Assembly (NCBI GenBank): GCA_963664395.2
Contig: OY761159.2
Location: 448,001 to 512,000 of the forward strand
Reading direction: 5' to 3'
DNA: 64,000 bases
Source of the DNA: Candidatus Binatia bacterium
Lineage (GTDB): Bacteria; Desulfobacterota; Binatia; Bin18
Below are positions 40,974 to 51,191 of this stretch, in pieces (within the stretch, counting starts at the first letter, position 1; each line of letters begins with the position of its first letter). The notes under the pieces are model-generated. The model was not told the DNA's origin. It searched no databases and worked only from the letters and a program-made list of their open reading frames with translations. The position numbers and the translations under genes were made by a program.

Positions 40974-43900
40974 CTACGCCTGAGTGGACGGTTGTCCGCG
41001 CCGGGTTCGCAGCGCGTGTGGAATACGCTGGAGATCTTCCAAAATCAAATACGAGGCCGGCAGCAGTACCAGGATGATGACGGTTGCAAACAAAACACCG
41101 AAGCCGAGAGAAATCGCCATAGGCACCAGGAAGCGAGCCTGGAGTGAGGTCTCGAAAATCATCGGCATCAAGCCGAAAAACGTCGTCAGCGAGGTCAGCA
41201 AAATAGGACGGAACCGGCGAGCAGCGGCCAGACTGATCGCCTCACTGGCTGAGAGCTGCTGAGTCGTGCGTATCGTATTGGCCGTCACCACCAACACCAG
41301 CGAGTCGTTAATCACCACCCCGGCCAGGGCAATGATCCCAAACATGCTGATAATGCTCAGGCCGTAGCCGAGCAGGAGATGGCCCAGGATCGCGCCAATG
41401 ATCCCGAACGGGATGCTGAGCATGACGATCAACGGCTGGCAGTAACTGCGGAACGGCACGGCCAGCAGGCCGTAGATACCCAGCAGCGCAAACAAAAAAC
41501 CGATACCCAGCGCCTCAAGCGATTCTTGTTGAGACGCCTGCTCACCTTCCAACACATAACTCAAGCCGGGGTATTTCTGCATGAGCGTCGGCAGCTCCCG
41601 GCTGAGCACCTCGGCAATAATGGTATTGGCGTTGGACACGCTTTCGTCCACATCCGCGGTCACGGCAATAATCCGTCGGCCTTCCCGCCGGCGGATTTCG
41701 GTATAGGCGTAGCCGCGTTCAACGGCCGCAGCCTGAAAAAGCGGAATCTCGCCCCCTTGGTCCGTGCGCAGCATCAAGTGTTCAACCGTGTGGGCGGTAC
41801 GACGCTCCTCCTCGGGCAGCCGCACCATGACCCGGACTTCGTTGCGCCCGCGCTGCTGTCGTAGGGCTTCCGCCCCGTAGAACGCGCTCCGGACCTGTCG
41901 GGCCAGGTCGGTGGCGTTGATGCCCAGGCTGCGCGCTTCGGGTTTGAGCGTCAGGCTCAACTGCGGCTTGCCGCGGGCAAAGCCGTCGTCAATATCGCGC
42001 ACCCCGGCATACCCGGCCAGGGCGTGGGCCAGCTCCGTTGCCGCGGCCTCCAACGTGGGCCGGGCGCGGTGCGTCAACTGGATATCGATGGCCGCACCCT
42101 CATTGACGCCGGTCTCGGCGTCAAACGTCAGGGTTTCGATGCCGACGATACGCGCGGTCGCCGCCCGCCAGGCGTCCACAAATTCAAGGCTGCCAATCTC
42201 GCGCTGATCCGACGGCACGAGCGCCACTTGCACGCCCACCAAGTGACTTCCGCCCGCGCCCCGGCTGCCGGCACCGGGCGGGCCGAACCCCTGGAGCGCG
42301 CTTCCGATCTGGGTGTACACGCCGCGCAGGATGGCGGCCCCGCCGCTTGTCTCGACGGTGGCGGAGGCCGCGTCAAGCAACTCTTGCTGGACACGGCGCG
42401 CGGTCCTGAGCGGCACACCAAACGGCAGCGTGGCCTGGGCATTCACCACGTCGGCGTCAATACGCGGAATAAAACTGAACTGCACATAGCCCCCGCCCAC
42501 CGCGCCGGCCGCCAGAATCAGCATGGCTATGCCGGTTGCGAGCGTGGCGTAACGGTTGGCCAGGGCGAAGCGCAGCCAGGGTTGATAGCCCTGCGTAATC
42601 CAGCGCTGCAAGAGCGAAGCAAAAAGGTGACTCGGCTTCCCGAGCACGGCCCACACCCGATTCTCGGGCGTCTGGCGAGACAGGTGGGCCGGCAGAATGA
42701 AGAGCGACTCAATCAGCGACACCGCAAACACGGCAACCACAACAGCCGGGATTTGACGAAAGAAATTCCCTATGGCGCCGGGCACAAAAAAGAGGGGTAA
42801 AAACGCCACGATATTGGTCAGAACGGCAAAGAGTACCGGTGCCGCTATTTCTTTGGTCCCTTCGACCGCGGCCTGCAAAAAGGGCAAGCCTTGCTCGCGC
42901 TTTTCATAGACGTTCTCACCGACCACCACGGCGTCATCCACCACAATGCCCAGGGTTACGATAAAGGCGAAAAGGGAGAGCATATTGATTGAGGCACCGG
43001 TTATCGGCAGAAACAGAAACGAGCCCAAAATGGAGATGGGAATGCCCAGGGTCACCCAGAAAGCCAGCTTAGGGTCAAGGAAGAGCCCGAGCAGCAGCAA
43101 TACCAGTACCAGCCCCAGGAAGGCGTTTTTCACCAACAGGTTGACGCGGTCGCGGTAGATTTCGGACCGGTCGTCCCAGACGGTCAGCCCGATTCCAGGC
43201 GGCAGGTCGGGCGCGATTTCGGCCACATAGGCCCGGACGGTATCCGAGACCGACTGCGGGGTTTCATTCCCCACGCGAAAGATCTGAACCTTGACCGTGC
43301 GTTGCCCGTTGAAAAACGCCTCCTCGTCGGTCTCCTCAAAGCCGTCATGAATATGCGCAATATCGCCCACTAGAATCTGCGACCCGTCCGGCGCGGACGC
43401 CACCGGGATGTTGGCGTACTCGCGGGCAAAGTCGCGTCGTTCCTGGGTGCGCAGCAGCACTTCGCCGCCCGAGGTTTTCACCCCGCCGGCCGGGAGCTCA
43501 ATTGCCGCTTCACGGACCTCACGCGCAATGCGATCGAGGGTCAGGTTATAGGCCCGCAGGTTCCGCTGCGGGACCTCCAGGCTGATCTCCAGCGGTCGGG
43601 CTGCCGCCAACTCGACCAGAGTCACGCCGGGCCGTTGCAGCAGATCGTCTCGAATGCGCTCAGCCAGATCGCGCAGGGTCTGCTCGTCCTGCGGACCATG
43701 CACCAGCAGGGTCAGCACCTGGTTGCGCACCTCAACCAGGCTGACGATCGGCCGTTCCGCCTCCTCGGGGAACGACAGAATACTGTCCACCACGTTTTTG
43801 ATATCCTGGAGCGCCTTGCCCGTATCCGTGCCGGTCAGCAGCTCAATCGTCACTGCGGCGCGGCTTTCGGTCGCCATGGCGGTCACTTCCTTGACCCCGT

Positions 43901-44162
43901 CCAGCCCGCGCACCTCGTCTTCGATCGACAGGATAATGCCCTGCTCAACCTCCGCGGGGCTGGCCCCGCGGTACAGCACCGAGACGGTAATAGTCTCGAC
44001 CACGAACTCCGGAAAAATTTCCTGTTTGACGCGTGTGCTGAGAATGAGGCCGCCCACCAGAAACAGCAGCATTGCCAGATTGGCGGCCACATGGTTGTGC
44101 GCCATCCAGGCGATGGGACCACTGGAAAACTGCCGCGTCGGCGTGTCAACAGAGTCGGCCAC
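40974..44162 (-). CDS. RND efflux permease (AcrB/AcrD/AcrF family)
   Basis: 1062 aa, GIVVDDAVVVGEN, RFRPILLTSLTT. Confidence 0.95.
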   Translation of the reverse strand: MADSVDTPTRQFSSGPIAWMAHNHVAANLAMLLFLVGGLILSTRVKQEIFPEFVVETITVSVLYRGASPAEVEQGIILSIEDEVRGLDGVKEVTAMATESRAAVTIELLTGTDTGKALQDIKNVVDSILSFPEEAERPIVSLVEVRNQVLTLLVHGPQDEQTLRDLAERIRDDLLQRPGVTLVELAAARPLEISLEVPQRNLRAYNLTLDRIAREVREAAIELPAGGVKTSGGEVLLRTQERRDFAREYANIPVASAPDGSQILVGDIAHIHDGFEETDEEAFFNGQRTVKVQIFRVGNETPQSVSDTVRAYVAEIAPDLPPGIGLTVWDDRSEIYRDRVNLLVKNAFLGLVLVLLLLGLFLDPKLAFWVTLGIPISILGSFLFLPITGASINMLSLFAFIVTLGIVVDDAVVVGENVYEKREQGLPFLQAAVEGTKEIAAPVLFAVLTNIVAFLPLFFVPGAIGNFFRQIPAVVVAVFAVSLIESLFILPAHLSRQTPENRVWAVLGKPSHLFASLLQRWITQGYQPWLRFALANRYATLATGIAMLILAAGAVGGGYVQFSFIPRIDADVVNAQATLPFGVPLRTARRVQQELLDAASATVETSGGAAILRGVYTQIGSALQGFGPPGAGSRGAGGSHLVGVQVALVPSDQREIGSLEFVDAWRAATARIVGIETLTFDAETGVNEGAAIDIQLTHRARPTLEAAATELAHALAGYAGVRDIDDGFARGKPQLSLTLKPEARSLGINATDLARQVRSAFYGAEALRQQRGRNEVRVMVRLPEEERRTAHTVEHLMLRTDQGGEIPLFQAAAVERGYAYTEIRRREGRRIIAVTADVDESVSNANTIIAEVLSRELPTLMQKYPGLSYVLEGEQASQQESLEALGIGFLFALLGIYGLLAVPFRSYCQPLIVMLSIPFGIIGAILGHLLLGYGLSIISMFGIIALAGVVINDSLVLVVTANTIRTTQQLSASEAISLAAARRFRPILLTSLTTFFGLMPMIFETSLQARFLVPMAISLGFGVLFATVIILVLLPASYLILEDLQRIPHALRTRRGQPSTQA

Positions 44163-44169
44163 GGGATAC

Positions 44170-45438
44170 TTATTCCTTGTCCGCGCGTTCGGCCGGTGGG
44201 TCCGGGTCGGAACCCACCGCCTGCAACAGCATCCCCGGCAGCGCGGCCGGCAGCGAGCTGGTCACGACGCGCTCCCCGTCCTCCAGGCCGACTCGAATCA
44301 GGACCGAGTCCTGACGACTCAGCACCACTTCGATCTGCCGAATCTCCAGTTGGTCGCGGGCGTTCTGCACCCACACGCGGTCTCCTTCGCGTACGCTGCT
44401 CCTGGGAAGCACAATCACCTGCGGCAGCATCGGGCCGAGTATGTCAACCCGGACATACTCGCCGAGCAATAAGGGCCGGCGGATCTCCGCGCCGGGTTCC
44501 AGACCAAGCGGGTCGGGGACCAAGACCAGCACCTGGGCCATACGCCCGTTTTCGGTCACAGCGCCGAGCAGCCGCGCGACCCGGCCCGTCCAGACCAGGC
44601 TGTCGCCGCTGCCCAGATCACGCCTGATGCGGGCCGCCGACCCGTGCGCTTGCCCGCTGTCCGGGAATGCCACCCAGCCCAGTTGATTGAGCGGGACACT
44701 CACCTCGACCCGAAAAGCGTCCGTACACACCAGGGTGGCGACCGCACTCCGGGCGTTGACTAATTGCCCGATTTCAACCGCCTCGTTCAACACCAGCGCA
44801 TTACACGGAGCCGAGACAACCGTTCGTGTCAGGTCCAACTCGGCCTGAGCGAGACGACTCTTTGCCGCGGCAACCGCGGAACGCTTCTCTGTGAGATGGG
44901 GCTGGCGCAGGGCTAATATGCGCCCTTGCTGGGTCGTCTCAATGGACGGCTCCAAGAGGTCCCATTCTTGTTGGGCAACGACCTGATTGCCCTGTTCCAC
45001 TTGCAGTTCAAACTCCGCTCGCGCCAGGTTGCCCCGCTCAACATCGACCGCCAGGCGATAATCGTGCGGGTCAATCGCAAACAGCACCTCGCCCATGTGG
45101 ACCAAGCCGCCGTTGATCAGATCGTCATGTTGGGCGATGACGTAGCCCTCGACACGGGGGAAGAGAGTGAGGGCGCGATGGGCGCGGACGGTGCCATATA
45201 CCTGAAGCGTGGCCTGTTCATCCTGGGCGTGAACGGTGATGACCTCAACCAGAGTCGGCGTTGCTTTTTGACTGACCTTTGGTACCGGAGGGCGGCTGGC
45301 AATCAGCGCCCAGGCACCCAGCACTCCGCCAACGAGAATGAGTAGCGGCAGTCCGAACCGGAACAGGCGCGTGCCCCACGACCTGCCCTCTTCGGCACTA
45401 CTCGCGGCCTGACTCAGGTGAACGGGTGCGCGCGTCAC
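44170..45438 (-). CDS. RND periplasmic adaptor (membrane fusion protein)
   Basis: N-terminal TM anchor, lipoyl/hairpin motifs (GEVLFAIDP, VSAPC); GTGA overlap with the upstream stop suggests this start. Confidence 0.9.
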   Translation of the reverse strand: MTRAPVHLSQAASSAEEGRSWGTRLFRFGLPLLILVGGVLGAWALIASRPPVPKVSQKATPTLVEVITVHAQDEQATLQVYGTVRAHRALTLFPRVEGYVIAQHDDLINGGLVHMGEVLFAIDPHDYRLAVDVERGNLARAEFELQVEQGNQVVAQQEWDLLEPSIETTQQGRILALRQPHLTEKRSAVAAAKSRLAQAELDLTRTVVSAPCNALVLNEAVEIGQLVNARSAVATLVCTDAFRVEVSVPLNQLGWVAFPDSGQAHGSAARIRRDLGSGDSLVWTGRVARLLGAVTENGRMAQVLVLVPDPLGLEPGAEIRRPLLLGEYVRVDILGPMLPQVIVLPRSSVREGDRVWVQNARDQLEIRQIEVVLSRQDSVLIRVGLEDGERVVTSSLPAALPGMLLQAVGSDPDPPAERADKE

Positions 45439-46928
45439 ACCAGGCTTCCTCGGAAAGAAGATGGGGCGGCCAGCCGGACGGGAGCCTCCAGCGCATCCGT
45501 CCACTTGCCACCCAAGGCTCGGTAGAGTTCCGCGCGTATACTCAGCAGGGTTTTCTGCTCGCTAATCAGGCGACGTTGGAGGGCCTGGAGCGATTGAACC
45601 GCAACGAGCACATTGAGGTAATCAATAAGGCCGTGGACATAGCGCGCGCGTGAGACATCCAAAGTTGACTGCGCAATTGTCATTTGCTGCTCAAGATTGC
45701 GTATGAGTTCTCGTTGTTGGCGTTCCTGCACCAGTGCATCTTCAATTTCACGCAACGCCTCCAGATACGTTTGCCCAAAGCCATCGAGCAATTCCTGGAC
45801 CCTGGCTTTTTGCCGTACCACTTCGTTCCGGCGGCGGCCACCGTCAATCAGTGGGGTTAGCATGTCACCGATAAGCGAGCCTATCTCCTGACGAAAGAAG
45901 GTGTTCCAACTCCGCGCGCTGAACTCGTAGGACAGATTTAACACCAGACGTGGCAGGCGCTCGGCTACCGCAGCGGCGACCCGATAGTCAGCCGCTTGGA
46001 GTCGGAGCTGGGCCGCTTGCAGGTCCGGACGTGAAACGAGCAGTGTTGCCGGAGAAATCAGTTGCGGAAACGGCGGCAGCTCGGGCAGCGCTCTTCCGGG
46101 CGCGAACTCGTCAAGCGAGCCCGGCACCCTGCCGAGGAGAACCGCCAACTGATTCAGGGCCGTCTCCAGAAACGATTGGACGACCGGCACCTGGGCTTGC
46201 GTGTCAGCGAGCTGCTGTCTTTGCTGCAACACATCAACCGCGGAGCCGGCCCCGACGCTAAAGCGAAGTTCGGTCAGCTTGAGCAGGGTTTTACTCACCT
46301 GAACCTGTTCCCGCAGCACATCCAAAAGAGCGTATTGCTCCTGACTGGTGAGCCAGACGTTGACCACCGTGCCGGTGAGGAGCAGCGCCGTCGCCTCAAC
46401 GTCCTGACGCGAGGCCACATATTCGAGTTGAGCAGCGGTCCGCCGTGAAGCGATCCGCTTCCAGATATCGATTTCATACGTAAGGCCCGTCGCCACAAAA
46501 TAGCGGTCCGGATTCGTCGTCCGCGTCAGGCTGCTCCCTCGCAGGTCGGCCGCTTCCGGGTCAACCGTGTGTAGGCGGGAGGCACCCGTACGGAACTCGA
46601 CCTGGGGGACCCGTTCAGCCCCCGCAATCCGGGCCAGGGCTTGGGCCTGCGCCAGCCGCGCCCAGGTCTGCCTCAGCTCGAAATTATCAGTAAAGGCGAT
46701 CTCCATAGCGGCGTTCATTTGAGGGTCGCCAAACTCGTGCCACCATTGACCCAGGACCCGCTCTCCCGTCGCTCCATGATGATACGTCTGCGGGATGGCA
46801 ACTGTCGGCTGCTCAAGGGAACGCACCGAGTATGGGCTACAGCCTGCGATCCCGAGCAAGAACAGGAGAGAAAACGCTACCATCCACCAGGAATGCATTC
46901 GTCGGGAAACGTGCTGTTGTCGTGCCAT
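45435..46928 (-). CDS. Outer-membrane efflux lipoprotein (NodT/TolC family)
   Basis: Lipobox IAGC, WWHEFGDP, YEIDIW, RPDL, LYRALGG. Confidence 0.93.
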   Translation of the reverse strand: MARQQHVSRRMHSWWMVAFSLLFLLGIAGCSPYSVRSLEQPTVAIPQTYHHGATGERVLGQWWHEFGDPQMNAAMEIAFTDNFELRQTWARLAQAQALARIAGAERVPQVEFRTGASRLHTVDPEAADLRGSSLTRTTNPDRYFVATGLTYEIDIWKRIASRRTAAQLEYVASRQDVEATALLLTGTVVNVWLTSQEQYALLDVLREQVQVSKTLLKLTELRFSVGAGSAVDVLQQRQQLADTQAQVPVVQSFLETALNQLAVLLGRVPGSLDEFAPGRALPELPPFPQLISPATLLVSRPDLQAAQLRLQAADYRVAAAVAERLPRLVLNLSYEFSARSWNTFFRQEIGSLIGDMLTPLIDGGRRRNEVVRQKARVQELLDGFGQTYLEALREIEDALVQERQQRELIRNLEQQMTIAQSTLDVSRARYVHGLIDYLNVLVAVQSLQALQRRLISEQKTLLSIRAELYRALGGKWTDALEAPVRLAAPSSFRGSLV

Positions 46929-47106
46929 GAGCGGGAGGGGCTTTCACCTTTACGTCTCTGTATCGTTTTATTATATCGTGCAAGCCAGGGTTTGCATCAG
47001 GGGCCGACGGACGGGCAGGTCGCAACCGCCCAGTCGGCGGGCAGCCTTTGCATTGCCTCTTCTTGGCGGACTTGATAGGGGACGAAGTTGGGCGGGCGCT
47101 CGCCGG

Positions 47107-47258
47107 TGAGAAGCAGGACACCCCATGGTCAAAACAACCTATTTCGAAGAGTACCAGACTGGCGCGTCTCGCGAGACCTTGGGCCGGACGATTACCGAGA
47201 GCGATATTGTCACCCATGCCGGACAAACCGGGGACTTTTTTCCGCACCATGTGGACGC
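47107..47258 (+). repeat. Left direct repeat: truncated 5' copy of the maoC-like gene
   Basis: 152 bp aligns to 51987-52138 with 8 mismatches; last 93 bp identical. Confidence 0.95.
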
Positions 47259-47425
47259 AGTAAAGATTCTAGACTCGATCCACCCCCTCCCACGACGCAT
47301 CGCAAGGCATTGCGATCGTTGAAAGAATTTTGGCTCAGGCTCTGGAGCATTTACTAGAAAGGTCGGGTATGATACACGTTTTCTAAATAGAGATCGGGTA
47401 TAAGACTCGAACTTCAGGAGGAAAG

Positions 47426-47971
47426 GTGCCTTTCGTTTCAACGCGCCAGGCAACGAAATTGACCGGCCTCTCTACGGCCAAGCTCCGTGAGTGGACGAGC
47501 CGGCGAGCGCTAATTCCGGCTGACGTGCCACCGAAGGCCCAAGGCTCTCCAGCACAGTATAGCTGGCAGACGATCCTCTTACTGCGCCTCGCTGTCACGC
47601 TTCGTGAAAGGTTTCATCTTGAGTTGCAAGCGCACTGTGAAATATTCAGAAGCTTACGCTGCAACCTACAAGAAAAATCATTCTTGGCACTCTGGGGTAA
47701 GCTCCTTGCCTTACACGGAGAAGAATGCTGGAGCCTACTCGACGCAGAAGATATACCAGAGCTTGCCGAAGATGTCCTTTTGATCCGGCTTGACCCGCAT
47801 CTTGAGGTTCTGGCCACCAGGTTCCCGATGCCGCACCCGTTTAGTGCGCCGGGCCAACTTGACCTTTACCCGATCCAGTCGGTTTCAGGCAGACGAGCAC
47901 AGACGACGCCTGCTCACCATACCAGCGACGCGACTGCGAGACAGACGGCACTGCGACGGAAATCAGCGTGA
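47426..47971 (+). CDS. MerR-like HTH DNA-binding protein
   Basis: STRQATKLTGLSTAKLREW...QYSWQTILLL; AGGAGG RBS before GTG. Confidence 0.7.
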   Translation: MPFVSTRQATKLTGLSTAKLREWTSRRALIPADVPPKAQGSPAQYSWQTILLLRLAVTLRERFHLELQAHCEIFRSLRCNLQEKSFLALWGKLLALHGEECWSLLDAEDIPELAEDVLLIRLDPHLEVLATRFPMPHPFSAPGQLDLYPIQSVSGRRAQTTPAHHTSDATARQTALRRKSA

Positions 47972-48086
47972 TGCTGTTCGCGTGGCAATGTCGGACCACT
48001 GGTAAAAAGACCCAACGACACTCCCTTTTGCATAATGTTCCTGTCGTGTTCATGTCTGGCGACTACTGTGAGCGGAGGGTGATCGC

Positions 48087-51000
48087 GTGACCGCCGTAAC
48101 ACGGAACACTTGGCTCGAGAGGCTCGGTTATGTCGAGGAGCCTGCCGTTTTGCACATGTTGGGGGGCGGCGTGCCAGAAACCCACCCATACGCACTCGAG
48201 ATTCAATCCCTTCTGCGGCCAGAGGGAGCGATTAGAGCTCAGGCCGTCTTTGATGTTGAAGGTGTCCCGACCGTCGTTTTCGTAGGGAACGATGAAGCAC
48301 CGCTTTCGACCTCGGCTTTGGACGAAATTCGCCAAAAGATCTGGAACCAAAATCTTGCCACGATTGTCATCGAACTAGAGGACAACATCGCGCGAGCGTT
48401 CCCGGCGAGAAAGCTGAGAAACTCCGAAAAGCGGCTTTCGCTTAATGAGGCACGGCCGGACGGGCCTTTTTCCGCGCTCGACGTCACCTCGGCCAACCTG
48501 TCACGGAGGCTGCCAAATTGGTTTGACATCAAGGAGCGCGTCGATCGCAAGCTGCTAGCGAACCTCTCAGCCACAGTCTCAGCGCTAAGCCGATCAGGCT
48601 TCCGCAGCGTTTCCGGGTCATCGTTAAGCCGACGCTACGCCGAGCTGTTAATGGGACAAGTGTTGTTCGTCTCGTATCTGGAGCACCGCGATATTGTCGG
48701 CAGCACTTATCAGGAGCGACGCGCTGTAGGGCGGCTGCACGACCTCATCGCGAACAGTGATCACGTTGGCATCCAGACACTGATTAACTGGTTGCGCCAG
48801 GATTTCAATGGCGACTTTCTCGGCGAGGACAGTCATGACCCGTGGGCTGTACTCGACAACAATGGATATGAGTTCATTGACCAGTTTCTTAGCCGAACGG
48901 ATATGGAGACCGGCCAGGGAAACTTTTGGAACTACGATTTTAGCTATATCCCGGTGGAGCTTCTATCCGGGCTTTATGAATCTTTTCTGTCGCCTGATGA
49001 GCGAGCTGAGAACGGTGCCTACTACACTCCGCGGCACCTGGCGATGCTTGCCGTCGGTCAGGCCCTTGCAGTATCGCCAGATCCACTTTCAGAAACAATT
49101 TTCGACGGGGCCTGTGGCTCCGGCATGCTACTAACTACAGCCTTTCGGCGTCTTATCGCACTGTCGGAGGCTCGCAACGGCCGTCAGCTTGGCCTTAGAG
49201 AACGTATTGATCTCTTGGTCGGGCACATTTTCGGTGCAGACATCAACCTGATGGCGTGTCGAGTGACGGCGTTTAGCCTGTATCTATCGCTTCTCGAAGG
49301 ACTTGATCCAGCCGACATCATGGAGGCGCAGGAACGTGAGAAGGTCAAACTACCCACATTGGATGGAACCAACCTACGACATGGCGAGAGCGCCGACTTC
49401 TTCGCGCCCGATCATGGTTTCGCCGGAAGGCGTTTCGACCTCATCATCTCCAACCCACCATGGAAAGAGCCGCCGGCTGCGTCGGTAACCTCTGCTGATC
49501 AATGGGCCGAACGCATGGACGTGCCATTCGTCCGCCGCCAGATCGCCGGTGCTTATGCGATCCGCGTCCTCGACTTCCTTTCAGACAATGGCCGTCTTTG
49601 CCTTATCTTGCCGATTAGCCAGTTCCTCGCTCCGTCAAGCGCGCGCTTCGTATCGCACTTTCTGAAACGAGTGCAGCCGATACGGCTTGTCAACTTCGGC
49701 GACCTGCAAAACCTTCTGTTTCCCACCGCCGAAAACACCTGTCACATCTTTTTGGGTAGTGGGCGAAACAGCACCGCGCAAGGTCGTATTCCCTTCGACG
49801 AAACCTTTGATTATTGCGTCCCCAAAGCCGACATGAGCCTCGCTTATGGCCGATTGACCATGCAATCGGCCGACCGTCACATGCTCCAAACGATTACGGT
49901 TGCACAAGATCCGCAAATGCTCATTACGCTCATGTGGGGTGATGCGAGTGACCTAGCGCTATGGACACGGCTCACTACCTTCGGGACTTTTCGCGATTTC
50001 CGAGAGAGGCTGAAGGCTTCTCCTCGGTGGGTTTTCCGCAAGGGCGTGCACGTGGAGGACAAGAGCCGTCCCGCCGTCAGCTCTGGTCCGCTCCGTGACA
50101 AACACTTCGTGCCCATCCAGGCACTGAGCGCAGGCTCGCCCGTCCTGCATCGGACCCGCTTGACCAAGTGGCCTGAGAACCGATTGACGGTTGCCAGCTT
50201 AGACGACGCCCTCTTGCGGGTCTTTGACGGGCCACGTGTTCTCTTCTCCGATGGTTTCTCACGACGGGATTTATCAGTCCGTGCCGTCTACTTCGACGCA
50301 CCCGCGACTTTCACCTGCAGTATCGGGGTGATCGCAGGACCGGAAGCCGATACGTTGCTGCTTCAGTTTGCCGCTGTCTATCTACGATCAAGCCTCGCAC
50401 AGTACTTTCTGATGATGCGAGGTTGGAAAATGCTTTGTCAACGCAACGGTGTACATCTAACTGACATCGAGAGCTTTCCGTTCTTTGAGGCCACCGAGGC
50501 GCCTAACCCGGATACTGCACGAAGGGCACTTGAACGGACAGCGGAGAGGATGGCCGAGCTTACTCGGCTTGATGATTTCTATCAGGCCCAAAGATACAAA
50601 GAGAATCGTGAAGCTTTTGACGAGGATGTGTTCGACTTTTTCTCGCTCTCAGATGGCGAGCGTGCGCTTGTTCGTGAAACGGTTGAGATCCTTATGCCGT
50701 CCATCCGGCCACGGAGCTTCAAGAGCTTAGATACTCCAGCGCAGCAAGTCGCTAAACCGGGTGATTTCAATACATATGGGAACGTATTGGCTGATGCGCT
50801 TACCGAATGGCGCCGACGAACTGGCGGTAAGGGTCGCTTCCATGTTTCGGTCGAGACAAGCGACCCCCAGCGACCTGGCTCAATTGGAGTGGTTCGGGTC
50901 GAATATACCCCGAAAAAGACTGCCCCAGGGACAGCCGTTGCTCGGGCCGACGAACAGGTAGTTCATGCTACCCTTGCTGAACTCAGACAACTGGGCTTGG

Positions 51001-51191
51001 CAGTCATTCCCTCGGGTGACGCGCTTCGCTTGATTCCAGATACCCGTATCTGGATGAATGGCAAGCTCTATCTTGTCCGCCTTCTGGCGCGACGAAATTG
51101 GACCCGACGACAGGCGTTACGGGACGCTGAGCACATCGTCCGCACAGTCCAAGACCGGCAGACACTTTCGAACCAGCCGGAGGTTGCGTGA
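48087..51191 (+). CDS. Large N6-adenine DNA methyltransferase (type IIG-like architecture)
   Basis: IPVELLSGLYE, GAYYTP, FDGACGSG (motif I), ISNPPW (motif IV), long C-terminal putative target-recognition region. Confidence 0.9.
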   Translation: MTAVTRNTWLERLGYVEEPAVLHMLGGGVPETHPYALEIQSLLRPEGAIRAQAVFDVEGVPTVVFVGNDEAPLSTSALDEIRQKIWNQNLATIVIELEDNIARAFPARKLRNSEKRLSLNEARPDGPFSALDVTSANLSRRLPNWFDIKERVDRKLLANLSATVSALSRSGFRSVSGSSLSRRYAELLMGQVLFVSYLEHRDIVGSTYQERRAVGRLHDLIANSDHVGIQTLINWLRQDFNGDFLGEDSHDPWAVLDNNGYEFIDQFLSRTDMETGQGNFWNYDFSYIPVELLSGLYESFLSPDERAENGAYYTPRHLAMLAVGQALAVSPDPLSETIFDGACGSGMLLTTAFRRLIALSEARNGRQLGLRERIDLLVGHIFGADINLMACRVTAFSLYLSLLEGLDPADIMEAQEREKVKLPTLDGTNLRHGESADFFAPDHGFAGRRFDLIISNPPWKEPPAASVTSADQWAERMDVPFVRRQIAGAYAIRVLDFLSDNGRLCLILPISQFLAPSSARFVSHFLKRVQPIRLVNFGDLQNLLFPTAENTCHIFLGSGRNSTAQGRIPFDETFDYCVPKADMSLAYGRLTMQSADRHMLQTITVAQDPQMLITLMWGDASDLALWTRLTTFGTFRDFRERLKASPRWVFRKGVHVEDKSRPAVSSGPLRDKHFVPIQALSAGSPVLHRTRLTKWPENRLTVASLDDALLRVFDGPRVLFSDGFSRRDLSVRAVYFDAPATFTCSIGVIAGPEADTLLLQFAAVYLRSSLAQYFLMMRGWKMLCQRNGVHLTDIESFPFFEATEAPNPDTARRALERTAERMAELTRLDDFYQAQRYKENREAFDEDVFDFFSLSDGERALVRETVEILMPSIRPRSFKSLDTPAQQVAKPGDFNTYGNVLADALTEWRRRTGGKGRFHVSVETSDPQRPGSIGVVRVEYTPKKTAPGTAVARADEQVVHATLAELRQLGLAVIPSGDALRLIPDTRIWMNGKLYLVRLLARRNWTRRQALRDAEHIVRTVQDRQTLSNQPEVA

